A stretch of 64,000 nt of DNA, taken from the NCBI GenBank assembly GCA_046336915.1, contig JBKDHV010000027.1:733-64732 (forward strand). Reading direction: 5' to 3'. The notes under the pieces are model-generated. The model did no database searches. It had not been told where the DNA came from and was given only the letters and a program-made list of their open reading frames with translations. The position numbers and the translations under genes are program-made. The stretch's first letter is position 1; every line of letters begins with the position of its first letter. This document shows positions 35,262-44,618 of the stretch, piece after piece. The DNA comes from Bdellovibrionales bacterium. Lineage in GTDB: Bacteria; Bdellovibrionota; Bdellovibrionia; Bdellovibrionales; Bdellovibrionaceae.

Positions 35262-35882
35262 ATGACCCCTTCCCTTCGTTGGCGTTTATTTGTTGTGCTC
35301 ACATCGTATCTGGCGCTTCTGTCATGTGCGAAGCCAAAGAATGAAACGTCATGCGGATTTGTTCAGAATGTGTATGGTGAACGAGTCTCTTGGAAGTCCT
35401 CGGTTCCCGTCAGGCTCTATCTGCACACTTCAGTTCCTCAGGTTTATGAAGACGCCATTCGCAGTGCTGCGACCACTTGGAATGAAGCTTTTGGACGGGA
35501 AATCCTCATCATCGATCCGGTTCGAATCGGAGGCGATCGTCCGGCTGAAGACTCAACAAATGTGATCTACTTTCTGAAGACCTGGGAACAGGAACGAGCG
35601 GCCGAGCAGGCCCGAACGCACTTGCGCTGGTCGGGAGATCAAATGCGCGAGGCCGATATTCGCATCAACGGTTTGTACTACACTTACTACGTTACGGGAG
35701 CCTCTTCAGTGCCTTTGGGAGCCGTCAATATCGAGGCTCTTTTGCTTCATGAGTTTGGTCACGTTTTAGGGCTGCGTCATAACGATGCGGCGCCAAGCGT
35801 GATGGCGACGGGCTTGAAATCGAACCAGGATCGCATTGATTTGCAGATCGCGGATCGAGAGAGCTTGAAGTGTGAATATTAA
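35262..35882 (+). CDS. metzincin (matrixin/M10-like) zinc metalloprotease lipoprotein
   Basis: 206 aa. Lipobox LALLSCAK. HEFGHVLGLRH is the HExxHxxGxxH zinc site, with a downstream Met (SVMATG). Confidence 0.8.
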   Translation: MTPSLRWRLFVVLTSYLALLSCAKPKNETSCGFVQNVYGERVSWKSSVPVRLYLHTSVPQVYEDAIRSAATTWNEAFGREILIIDPVRIGGDRPAEDSTNVIYFLKTWEQERAAEQARTHLRWSGDQMREADIRINGLYYTYYVTGASSVPLGAVNIEALLLHEFGHVLGLRHNDAAPSVMATGLKSNQDRIDLQIADRESLKCEY

Positions 35883-35988
35883 CAAAGAAGACATGTAAAA
35901 AACTCATGTCATTCGATTTAAGTTGAGAACCCAGAAGGAGCTTCCCTAAAGTATTAGGTCGGGCTTCTGGACGAAGAAGGAGAACAGT

Positions 35989-36213
35989 ATGAAACAGACG
36001 ACAACGACACCCTCACAAGCACAAATGGCTTTGAAGAATCCGTCGTTCTTTTCTTCGTCCGCTTTGGAGCGCTTCGAACAGAAGCCTCGTGGTGCAAAGC
36101 CATCGGTCGAGGATGAGTTCTTGTCGAGCTTGGCCCTCGTTGAAGACTTGCATAATCGTTTTCGCTTTATGATCGGCGAGCTCCGCACTTCGGGCTTAAA
36201 AGTCGACGAATAA
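35989..36213 (+). CDS. small hypothetical protein
   Basis: 74 aa. Good SD (GAAGGAGAA, 6 nt before the ATG). No motif recognised. Confidence 0.4.
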   Translation: MKQTTTTPSQAQMALKNPSFFSSSALERFEQKPRGAKPSVEDEFLSSLALVEDLHNRFRFMIGELRTSGLKVDE

Positions 36214-36330
36214 GATTTCCCAGTTTCAATTCTGAAGATCGAGCGGCCTTGTTCAAGGCTGCACGCGAGTCAAGGGCGTGCCTCATCCAGAGGGCTTAGC
36301 GCGATGGTCTTGCTCAGCCGACGACAAGCT

Positions 36331-36837
36331 CTAGTTCAGGTGACAGATCAGATTGGAATGCTGCGAGAGCCGGAAGAGTTTCATTTCTCGTTTTGCCAGA
36401 ATCAGGCTTAGGCCCTGACCATGTCGCTTCAGCAAAGTCATCTGAACATGTTCGCGCTTTTCAAAAGCTCCCTCTTGTTTTTCTTCAAAAACAAGATGCA
36501 GCTTCTCCTTGTCAACTTTGCATGTCACAAGAGTCTGCTCGGACTTTTCATCTTTTTTCGGCGTCGCAAGAAGAGAGAACTGAATTTGGAGTGGATTTCC
36601 AACGGCCATCACATCAAGAGAGGCTTGAGAAATTTGCACATCAAGCTGGCAAGAGGTGTTGTGGCGCGTGTTTCCTTCAAGCTGCCCTACCACCTTGGTC
36701 GCCCAATGGGATTGGATTTGCTTTAAACAATCTGATATTGAGAGCTCGCTCTGAGCCTGAATCAGTTGTGGAACCGTCATGATCGCCCAAAAGGCCATGA
36801 CAGTTGCAGTGGTCTTTATGAACTTTGATGGCCCCAT
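36331..36837 (-). CDS. secreted hypothetical protein
   Basis: 168 aa. Signal peptide ending LIQAQS. Confidence 0.5.
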   Translation of the reverse strand: MGPSKFIKTTATVMAFWAIMTVPQLIQAQSELSISDCLKQIQSHWATKVVGQLEGNTRHNTSCQLDVQISQASLDVMAVGNPLQIQFSLLATPKKDEKSEQTLVTCKVDKEKLHLVFEEKQEGAFEKREHVQMTLLKRHGQGLSLILAKREMKLFRLSQHSNLICHLN

Positions 36838-36968
36838 GATTCCCCCTAAGAATCTTCAGACCCAAAAGTAAGTCTGAATGAGGGTCGTCATATCGCGCTT
36901 CCGAAAAGCTTCCTAGTGTCAGAATTTTGTACAGCAGAGTTTACAGGGAGGTGACGAAAAGGGCCGCT

Positions 36969-38267
36969 CTAGCCCTTCTTGTTGATCTTGACGGCCTGAG
37001 TTTCAACGGATGAAAGCTTCGGGATCTCGAGAATCACGTAGTCTCCATCACGCTCTCGCACCATCGCTTCAGTAGCCACAGGCTTTGAAAAAGTGAACTC
37101 TTCTCGGAAGCTCTGATAGTTATCGGTTGTCATTTTTCTGTTTTCATCTTCCATCTTGTCATTGAAAGAGCGTTGGCCGCTCACGACGGCCTTTCGACTG
37201 TCGACAAGAACTTTGACTTGGTCCTTTTCATGTTCGGGAACGTAAGCCGTGAGAATGTAAGAGTCCGACGTTTCTTCAAGGCGAGATCCACGATCTTGAA
37301 TTTTGTAGAAAGGATCTTCTTCTTTGTTGGAGTACTTTTCGGCTTCACGGGTGAATTTACGCTTTTGATTGAGCATCTGCTTTGTGTACATCGAATTTTG
37401 GATCTCGAGTGTCCGGCGGTTTTCATCCTCATTCTTGGCGTAAACTTTTTGGAAGTGTTTTTCCTGAGTTTTAGCTTGTTTTTCATGAGCCTGCTTCTGG
37501 TGCTCAAGCTTGCGTGAATAGCCCTCGTGCAGATTCCGTTCGCGCTCGTTCCAGCTTTTTTGCTGTCGATCGTGTTGCTCTTCAAAATCCGCTTTCACTT
37601 TTTGGAGCTTTTGGTCTTTGAGCGACTTTTCATACGAGATCGCCGAGTCGCCCTCTTGTCGAAGTTCCTTGACCTCGGTTTCATAGGACTCGCGAACTTT
37701 CTCTTGGCGCGATTCTCCTTTTTGAATTTCGTTATTCAGATCAACTTCGTTCTGTTCGCGGACGGAGAGTAGGCGGTGCTGATTCGAATTTTGTTCGTGC
37801 TGAAGTTGCTTTCGGTACTGCTCCTTCATCTTCGCTAGACTCTGTTTTCCCTGCTCGCGGGTTGAACTCAGACGGGCTTGGTCCTTTTCTTGGACTTCGG
37901 TCAGCTTTTCCCGCTGCTCGGTCCGCGCCTTCTCAAGCGTTTGACTTCGCTCTTTCTGAAGACGCTCCATTCGAGCTTTGTAGCTCTCTTCCATCTTCTG
38001 AAGTTTTTCTTGTCCCTTTTGGGCTGTCTTTTCTCGTTGTGCTACGAGGTCTTCAATGTTTTCGTTCTGCTTCTTTTGAATGTGATTGATAGCGGCTTCA
38101 CTGTGCTCGCTGATGGATTGTTTCTTTTGAGTGTAGTTATCGTGAAGAGATTCAATCTCTTCTTCCTGCTCTTGAAGAAGCTTTCGCTTTTTGCGGGAGT
38201 GTTCCGCGTGAAGATTGGAGAGCTCTTCTTGGGCGCGGGCCCGAGCTCGTGATGCATCAACCGCCAT
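36969..38267 (-). CDS. long coiled-coil protein ending in an Hsp20 / alpha-crystallin-like domain
   Basis: 432 aa. About 330 aa of Lys/Glu/Gln-rich heptad-like sequence. The C-terminus YILTAYVPEHEKDQVKVLVDSRKAVVSGQRSF...SFREEFTFSKPV...RDGDYVILEIPK matches the alpha-crystallin-domain beta-sandwich pattern. Confidence 0.6.
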   Translation of the reverse strand: MAVDASRARARAQEELSNLHAEHSRKKRKLLQEQEEEIESLHDNYTQKKQSISEHSEAAINHIQKKQNENIEDLVAQREKTAQKGQEKLQKMEESYKARMERLQKERSQTLEKARTEQREKLTEVQEKDQARLSSTREQGKQSLAKMKEQYRKQLQHEQNSNQHRLLSVREQNEVDLNNEIQKGESRQEKVRESYETEVKELRQEGDSAISYEKSLKDQKLQKVKADFEEQHDRQQKSWNERERNLHEGYSRKLEHQKQAHEKQAKTQEKHFQKVYAKNEDENRRTLEIQNSMYTKQMLNQKRKFTREAEKYSNKEEDPFYKIQDRGSRLEETSDSYILTAYVPEHEKDQVKVLVDSRKAVVSGQRSFNDKMEDENRKMTTDNYQSFREEFTFSKPVATEAMVRERDGDYVILEIPKLSSVETQAVKINKKG

Positions 38268-38279
38268 GAAAGCAGTTTA

Positions 38280-38585
38280 TCACGGAGCGTTCTGATTTGA
38301 GACAGTCGAGTCGGGAATCTGGGCCTTGTTCGGGTTTGGACAGAAGTCGGTCTGCCCATCGGTTCGGCCTCGGCACATCCAGGTCTCGGTCGAGGTCACA
38401 GTTTCGTCAGGTTGAACGATCTCGTAGTCCTTGTACTGCAGCGGGTCCAGGGTGCTTAACACGGTTCGCTCGGTCGCGGGCTGCGAAGCGGTTGCGGCAG
38501 GTTTTCGAATCACGAGTTTAAAGACCCGGTACTCAGCCTGCGCCAGAACACCCCAAAAAAATGGAAAAAGGAGGAGAATCTGCAT
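38280..38585 (-). CDS. small secreted protein
   Basis: 101 aa. Signal peptide MQILLLFPFFWGVLAQA. Ends 12 nt upstream of the start of the coiled-coil gene. Confidence 0.5.
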   Translation of the reverse strand: MQILLLFPFFWGVLAQAEYRVFKLVIRKPAATASQPATERTVLSTLDPLQYKDYEIVQPDETVTSTETWMCRGRTDGQTDFCPNPNKAQIPDSTVSNQNAP

Positions 38586-38633
38586 TCTCCTCCTTTTCGG
38601 ACAGTGTCGTCCGGAACTTCAGACTTGAATCAA

Positions 38634-39800
38634 TTAGGGTGTTTGGAACTCCGTCGAAGGCATACTAATCGCCTTACCCAGATCTTCCGACACGCTGACC
38701 GCTTGGATCGTGTAGCGCGTGGCCGGCTTCAGGCCAGAAACCTGAAGGCGGTGCGCAGTTCTCAGGATATTATCCGTCGCGGTTAATCGGGCTTCGCCGG
38801 TCCCAACTTCAACGATCAGAGCTTGCGCGGTTGCAGGAATATCGGTTTGCCAAGCTACGAACACGGAATCTGACGTCATCTCGGTGATGCGGAAGTTCGT
38901 GATCACAGGCGCAGTTCCGGGTGTGCAGGGATTGTAAGTGCCATCGCCTTGTTCTTCAGGAAGATAGAAGTTGCTGGCTTGAACCACTTTCCAACCACGC
39001 TTGAGCAGATTGTTCCACTCGGTTGTCGGCTGAGAATTCTTATTTGGGTTAAACCAAGTGTGGTTTCCAGTCAGTCCGCAGCGAGCATCTTGACCGGCCA
39101 CGGGATTGTTCGGATCGAGCTTTCTCCAAAGCAGAATATTCGAGATGTGGAAACGGGGTCCCTGATAGTACAGGATTTCGGTTTCCAGTTTTGTGTCGCG
39201 CTTCATTTCGATTTCTGTCGTTGAGCACCCAAGACGAGTGGGGTGGTCTCCGTCATTGCTGATCACATCCGACCAGTTCGATCCGTTCTTGATTCTCATG
39301 ATCGATCCGTCATCGCTCAGAAGGGCAAACTCATAGATTCCCTCTTCATCATCTTGGCTCAAGCGGATATTTGTCCGCATCTGAAGGCCGAAGAATTCAA
39401 TGAGGGTGTTTCCGGAATCATCCTTTAGAACGCCACTGGTCTGTGTCGAAAAACCCGTATTAAACATGCGGGTCGGAACATTGATGTCGGCGAAAAAGAG
39501 ATCCTGGGGGGACTTTGTTGTATGAGCCACATAGTCCTGAGCCTTATAGTAGCGAGGTTGACCCGCACTTCTATAGAAGAGCTCGGCTTTGATACCTTGC
39601 TTTGGACTTGTGTTGCCGCCTCCGCCGAACGGATCGCACACAACTTTGTTGAGAGGATACTCATTGATGTCATAAAGATGAAATCGAGTCTCCTCTTTTG
39701 GAACTTCGCCATTTCCTGTGTTCTCGCATCCGGTGACGTACAACATAGCGAGTACTCCCATGGCCACTTGCGCAAAACGTGAGCTTTTCGTGGTAAACAT
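38634..39800 (-). CDS. lipoprotein with PA14-like and fibronectin type III domains
   Basis: 388 aa. Lipobox YVTGCEN. Central PA14-like segment (ELFYRS...FFGLQMRTNIRLSQDDEEGIYEFALLSDDGSIMRI). C-terminal FN3 (PVITNFRITEMTSDSVFVAWQTD...LKPATRYTIQAVSV). Confidence 0.6.
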   Translation of the reverse strand: MFTTKSSRFAQVAMGVLAMLYVTGCENTGNGEVPKEETRFHLYDINEYPLNKVVCDPFGGGGNTSPKQGIKAELFYRSAGQPRYYKAQDYVAHTTKSPQDLFFADINVPTRMFNTGFSTQTSGVLKDDSGNTLIEFFGLQMRTNIRLSQDDEEGIYEFALLSDDGSIMRIKNGSNWSDVISNDGDHPTRLGCSTTEIEMKRDTKLETEILYYQGPRFHISNILLWRKLDPNNPVAGQDARCGLTGNHTWFNPNKNSQPTTEWNNLLKRGWKVVQASNFYLPEEQGDGTYNPCTPGTAPVITNFRITEMTSDSVFVAWQTDIPATAQALIVEVGTGEARLTATDNILRTAHRLQVSGLKPATRYTIQAVSVSEDLGKAISMPSTEFQTP

Positions 39801-39970
39801 GAGCGTCCTCCTTCTTGGACTCTTCCTTACCTTTAATCCTACAGGACCTTTGTCGAAGGATTGTTCAGAAAAGGGCTTTCGACCAAAAAAAAGACACTAA
39901 GAGTTCGACAAAAAAACTGAAAATTCAGAATTCTCAAAAAAGAATGTATCGAATTGAGAGGAATCGGAAA

Positions 39971-40303
39971 TTAATGAGTCAGATCATGGTTGGCGCGCAC
40001 GGTACTTTCCACGATGTGGAAGTAGGCTCGAACCACCATTTCAAAAGACTCGCGGTCCAATGTTTTAAGGTAAGACACCTTGTCGAAAAAGGTGGGCTTA
40101 GCAATCAGCTCCGTCATGACGTCTTGAACCTTCTTCATTTTGTCAAAATTGAAAAAGTCCGCATCGTCTTTGACATGGCGGAGGACATCCGCTAGAGATT
40201 TATTGTCAAAAAGGATGTGCACGCCTCGAGCTGAGTGTGCGAGGAGAGCTTCCATGCGCTCCAAGTTCTTCTCTTGCAATTTCTCTGGAATGGGTTGAGA
40301 CAA
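39971..40303 (-). CDS. hypothetical protein
   Basis: 110 aa, helical, no motif recognised. Divergent from 40345. Confidence 0.45.
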   Translation of the reverse strand: MSQPIPEKLQEKNLERMEALLAHSARGVHILFDNKSLADVLRHVKDDADFFNFDKMKKVQDVMTELIAKPTFFDKVSYLKTLDRESFEMVVRAYFHIVESTVRANHDLTH

Positions 40304-40344
40304 TCTCCGCCTCCTTGCGATCGATATCCCTACAATTATGCTGA

Positions 40345-41295
40345 ATGAGCCTTTTTAAAATTTCAAGTGCTCTTCTTGACGATTGTTGTCAATTTTGGAT
40401 GTTGGATCAGGAGCTCGATCGAGAGAAAATCAAAAACATGAAGAATTCTAAATCGCGCGCAACGAAAAAAAAGACCGCCAAAGATGAAAGCCTAATCATC
40501 ATCGATGAAAAGCAGGGTCTCATTTTTGAATCGGAAAAAGCCCTTCATTTGTATTTTCAGCCGTACATCCAAGGTCTAGAGGACGAGTACATCAGCCATC
40601 GCGCGAAGGATGATTTTTCGGATCGAGCCCAGATCAAGTTGGAAAAGCACCTGGAAGAAACGCTCGATCTTCCGGATCAGATCTGGAGGGACGATAAGAC
40701 CTTTCCGGATCTTCCCGTGCACATCTTCATGAAAGAGATCCACACGAAGTCGCAAGACTTTACGTACTTCGCGATTTGCTATGTCACCATTGAAGATCAG
40801 ATCCCGACCTTTGTCTTGACCCATTTCCCCTCGAAAAATGCGGATCTGATGAAGACTTACCGTCGGGGAGAGCTCATTTACGACAAGATGTATGAAAAAG
40901 TCGTCGAGGGAGCGCTGGAAGGCGATTCTCTTTTGGAAGGGGACCCTCTGGCCATGGGGCTTTACCTTTCCATGCTGAAGGTGAGATCTGACCAAGATAT
41001 CCCGCAGACGGACTTTAAGAACTTCTATGACCTTCGTGAACCCACGATTGAAGATGCCGACGAGATTTGGCGAAAGTCCGATCTTGAGGGCCACGTGATG
41101 GTGATCTTCATCAAGGAATTTCCCGATCACGAGATCGCGGATTTGACCTACGTGACCGTCACCATCGAGGATGAGTCGAATGGTGTCCATACCCTTCTTT
41201 TTTCATTTCCCACAACAGATCCCACGCTGGTCGATCGCTACCGAATGGGAGAGAATCTTCAGGCGGATGAAATTGTCCAAGAGAACTCCCACTAG
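40345..41295 (+). CDS. acidic hypothetical protein with an internal tandem domain duplication
   Basis: 316 aa. Segment DQIWRDDKTFPDLPVHIFMKEIH...FTYFAICYVTIEDQIPTFVLTHFPSKNADLMKTYRRGE is echoed by DEIWRKSDLEGHVMVIFIKEFP...LTYVTVTIEDESNGVHTLLFSFPTTDPTLVDRYRMGE. Confidence 0.55.
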   Translation: MSLFKISSALLDDCCQFWMLDQELDREKIKNMKNSKSRATKKKTAKDESLIIIDEKQGLIFESEKALHLYFQPYIQGLEDEYISHRAKDDFSDRAQIKLEKHLEETLDLPDQIWRDDKTFPDLPVHIFMKEIHTKSQDFTYFAICYVTIEDQIPTFVLTHFPSKNADLMKTYRRGELIYDKMYEKVVEGALEGDSLLEGDPLAMGLYLSMLKVRSDQDIPQTDFKNFYDLREPTIEDADEIWRKSDLEGHVMVIFIKEFPDHEIADLTYVTVTIEDESNGVHTLLFSFPTTDPTLVDRYRMGENLQADEIVQENSH

Positions 41296-41333
41296 CCATT
41301 CGCAAGGCTGCAGGTGAGCCCCGGCCCCTAGGT

Positions 41334-42056
41334 CTATTGGCAAAGGGCTGCGGCCAGATTTGCGAAATCAGCTGTCGCCGTTCGAAGGGGATGAAGGTTT
41401 CGAAGAACTGACTCGCGCGGCGCGCCCGTGGATTTAAAAGCATAGTCCTGAGGATTGGCGAAAAAAGTAGGCAACAGAGCATCCAGACGCTCTTGAGCTT
41501 GGTTCGAAGCGGTTAGGTAGCTGGTCGCATTCAGGACCTGAAATTGGCCGGTGGTATCTTGAAGGTTCATCACCAGAATAACTCGAGAAAAGAAGGCCGC
41601 CGGACTTGCGCCTGCGATAAGGGTTTGAACTTCGCTCCAGCGAAGCGCCGAGATGTTGTTTCGGATGTAAGTTTGAGACTGGGTATCGAAAAGCGAAAAG
41701 ACAACAGGAGTGGGGTGAAAGGTGACCGTGGTGTCTGTTGTGGCCTGTCCTTTCCAAAACTGCAAAAAGGTCGTCGAGTTTTCAAAACCAGCGGGCAGTC
41801 CCAGAATCCGCATCTGAACCCAGCTAGGATCTGGAACGCCATTCAGGGATTGAGCGAGAATGCGGTAGCTTAGGTTCGGGGTCATCGCCTCATTGCAGTA
41901 AGCGATCGGCTTGGTGGGATTGGGATTTCCGTTGCTCGACGACTGCAGAACAGTCTCAGAGGGACCACTGGTCGACGAACCACACGCCGAAAGAAACAGA
42001 ACAAAACTGAACAGGAGCCAAAGTCGAACCCGAGTGAATCGCGACTGCACTTTCAT
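41334..42056 (-). CDS. lipoprotein, unknown function
   Basis: I chose the start at the ATG at 42056 (MKVQSRF...), which is preceded by GGGGGA 4 nt upstream. Lipobox FLSACGSS. The ORF track extends to 42101. Confidence 0.55.
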   Translation of the reverse strand: MKVQSRFTRVRLWLLFSFVLFLSACGSSTSGPSETVLQSSSNGNPNPTKPIAYCNEAMTPNLSYRILAQSLNGVPDPSWVQMRILGLPAGFENSTTFLQFWKGQATTDTTVTFHPTPVVFSLFDTQSQTYIRNNISALRWSEVQTLIAGASPAAFFSRVILVMNLQDTTGQFQVLNATSYLTASNQAQERLDALLPTFFANPQDYAFKSTGAPRESVLRNLHPLRTATADFANLAAALCQ

Positions 42057-42278
42057 GATATCCCCCAACGAATGAAACCCGACAAATAGAAAAGCGTGCA
42101 ATTGCTAGGCCTTCCGCGCTCTTAAGGTCTTCCGCGGGTGGGCTTGAAAAGACTGAAAAAATTCTGTCTCAAGAAGAATCGTCTCAAGGCAGGACGAAGA
42201 GAAACTTGACGAGTGATCACGTACTTCTAAACGGTCAAGATCGACCGGCGATCCTAGAAAAGCGAAGAGCGTTCAGTT

Positions 42279-44618
42279 TTAGTCTGTGAGTTCCACCCAA
42301 GTGATGCCATCGCCGCCCTGTTCGGCCGCGCCGGCTTTCCACTTTTTCACGTAGACGGAACGAGACAGATAAGTTCGAACGGCTTTTTTCAGGGCTTCGG
42401 TGCCATGACCATGGATGATCTTCATGCGGTCTTCTTGCTGGTGGGAGGCTTGATCCAAAGCCATCTCGAGTTCCTCGAGAGCTTCTTCCACAGTTTTGCC
42501 TCGTAAATCGAGAGTTTTGTCTTCGTCCACAAGCGCCGCTGAAAACGAAGAAGACTGTCGCACAATTTTTGCCGTCGGATTCGGTGAGGATCCCGGAGGC
42601 TTCAGTTCAAACCAGGGAAGCTGCAGTCGGATGGAATTAGACAGAATCATGACTTCACCCTTGGAATTGGGCTGACTTTGCACGATGCCATCTTGATTTA
42701 AGGAAGGGACAAAGACCTTCGTGCCCGGCGGAAATTTTTTACTGAAGTCATCGGCATTGGAAATCTTATTTTCCATTGTGAAGGGGGTAGCTTTCACGAT
42801 TTCGGGAAGTGTGGACTTGATTTCATGAAGTTCGCGGTACTTTTTGAACGTGTCTTGAACTTTCGCCTGGCTGATGGCCTCTTCGACCTTTTTTTCAGCT
42901 TTACGAACTTCACGCTCGAGGGCCTTCTCTTTGTCCTTCTCAAATCTCTGAAGCTTCATTTCGTATTCGTTCTTCAGGGTCTGGGCTTTTTGGGATTCTG
43001 CGCGCCACACCTGTTGAAGGTCCATGAGATTCTTTTTGAGTTGCTCGATTTCATTCAGGCTTTCCAAACGCTTTTGGCTGGTGGGGGAAAGATACTCGAG
43101 AGCTCGCGAGATCAGTTTACGGTCCACACCCACGCGCTGGGCGGTTTGCAGCGCCAAGGAATCGCCGGGCACGCCAGAGAGAAATTGATAGGTGGGGCGT
43201 CCCAGCTCGCTGTTGAACTCGAGGCTGCCATTCAGAACGCGACTTTGTTCACTCCAGCCCGTCTTCAGCGGGGACAAGTGAGATGTGATGACCGCGAAGA
43301 CATCATTCTTCTCAAACTCTTCGATAAAAGATCGAGCGAGGGCCGACCCTTCTTCGGGGTCGGTCGATCCGCAAATTTCATCAATCAGGATCAGCGTGTG
43401 CGAACCTTGGGTTTTGGCAGCCTCGTCCAAGATCTTCAAGTGCGCTGCGAAGGTACTCAGATTCTCGTCCACACTCTGAGAGTCTCCGATGCCGACAACG
43501 ATGTCCTGGAAAAAGGGCAGTCGAGAGTTGCCAGTCGCACACACGGGCAGTCCACAACGGGCCATCTGGGCTGCGAGTCCGATGCTCTTCAAAAGAATCG
43601 TTTTTCCTCCAGCGTTGGGGCCTGAAAGAATCAGAATCTTTTTCCGAGATTCCAACTGAACGGTGTTGGGAACAATTTTTTTCCCCGCAAGCTGCAGGGC
43701 CGGATGGCGCACGTCTTCAAGAAAAATTTCGTTTTCAGAAAAGCGCACCGGCGCCGCCTGAGCGAGGGCTGAAAATTGCGCCTGAGCCAGGCGAATATCC
43801 GTCTGCTCCATCAGGTTACGAGTCGTTTCAAAATCGCTTGAGAGACCCGTCAAGTAATGGGAGAGCTCCGTCAAAAGACGTTCGATTTCTTCTTCGAGTT
43901 CAACATCGATCTGGCGGAGTCGGTTGTTCAGCGGAACGACCCGTTCCGGTTCCATGAAGACCGTCTGTTTCGTTTGCGAAGATCCGTGAATGACCCCCGG
44001 AACAAAGTGTTGGGAACCCGAACGAACCGGGATCACCCAGCGCCCCTCACGAGTCGTAACATATTTGTCCTGAAGCATGTTTTCAATCTGATGGTCGCGA
44101 ACCAGGCGATCCATGGTGGACTGCACTTCTCGCGCAAGGCGGTCTCGCTCGGTATAAAGCTGATACAGCTTTTCGCTGGCGTCATTTCGAATATCCCCAT
44201 TGGGAGTCAAAATCTGATCAATCGCCGACAAGGGCTCTGAAGGCTCCATCATTTGCGCCAGCAGAGAGTCGCTCCAGGGGCTGGGATTCTGCTTCAGAGT
44301 CTCTTGAAGAGCGAGAGCTTCCAGGCAGAAGAATCGAACGTCCTTGATTTCGATCGCTTTCAGAACAGATTTCTTTTTGACTCGAACAAACCAATTCGAA
44401 AAAAGATCCAGGCTTTGCATGTGGGGGCGAACACCCGTCGCCGTGATAGCAAACGCCGCCTCAATTTCTTGAAACTGCTGGTAGGCCAGGTCAGGGGAGG
44501 CCAGAGGTTGAGTCTTGAGTAGACTTTCGCGAGCGGCAAGGCTTGTCGCCAAATCCTGAATTTTCTGAAGGATCATGTCCCAATCAAGGGATCGATACAG
44601 ACCGGCGGGTGTTTTCAC
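42279..44618 (-). CDS. mutS2: endonuclease MutS2 (MutS domain V ATPase plus C-terminal Smr)
   Basis: 779 aa. Walker A GPNAGGKT. DEICGSTDPEEG. C-terminal Smr LDLRGKTVEEALEEL...IIHGHGTEALKKAV. Confidence 0.9.
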   Translation of the reverse strand: MKTPAGLYRSLDWDMILQKIQDLATSLAARESLLKTQPLASPDLAYQQFQEIEAAFAITATGVRPHMQSLDLFSNWFVRVKKKSVLKAIEIKDVRFFCLEALALQETLKQNPSPWSDSLLAQMMEPSEPLSAIDQILTPNGDIRNDASEKLYQLYTERDRLAREVQSTMDRLVRDHQIENMLQDKYVTTREGRWVIPVRSGSQHFVPGVIHGSSQTKQTVFMEPERVVPLNNRLRQIDVELEEEIERLLTELSHYLTGLSSDFETTRNLMEQTDIRLAQAQFSALAQAAPVRFSENEIFLEDVRHPALQLAGKKIVPNTVQLESRKKILILSGPNAGGKTILLKSIGLAAQMARCGLPVCATGNSRLPFFQDIVVGIGDSQSVDENLSTFAAHLKILDEAAKTQGSHTLILIDEICGSTDPEEGSALARSFIEEFEKNDVFAVITSHLSPLKTGWSEQSRVLNGSLEFNSELGRPTYQFLSGVPGDSLALQTAQRVGVDRKLISRALEYLSPTSQKRLESLNEIEQLKKNLMDLQQVWRAESQKAQTLKNEYEMKLQRFEKDKEKALEREVRKAEKKVEEAISQAKVQDTFKKYRELHEIKSTLPEIVKATPFTMENKISNADDFSKKFPPGTKVFVPSLNQDGIVQSQPNSKGEVMILSNSIRLQLPWFELKPPGSSPNPTAKIVRQSSSFSAALVDEDKTLDLRGKTVEEALEELEMALDQASHQQEDRMKIIHGHGTEALKKAVRTYLSRSVYVKKWKAGAAEQGGDGITWVELTD

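Noticed and set aside
40576-41190. 204-aa minus-strand ORF.
   Set aside because: It is antisense to the 316-aa ORF, which shows an internal domain duplication (a protein-level signal). It has no motif of its own.
42825-43625. 266-aa plus-strand ORF inside mutS2.
   Set aside because: It is antisense to MutS2 (Walker A and Smr motifs), and its Leu/Phe-rich composition looks artefactual.
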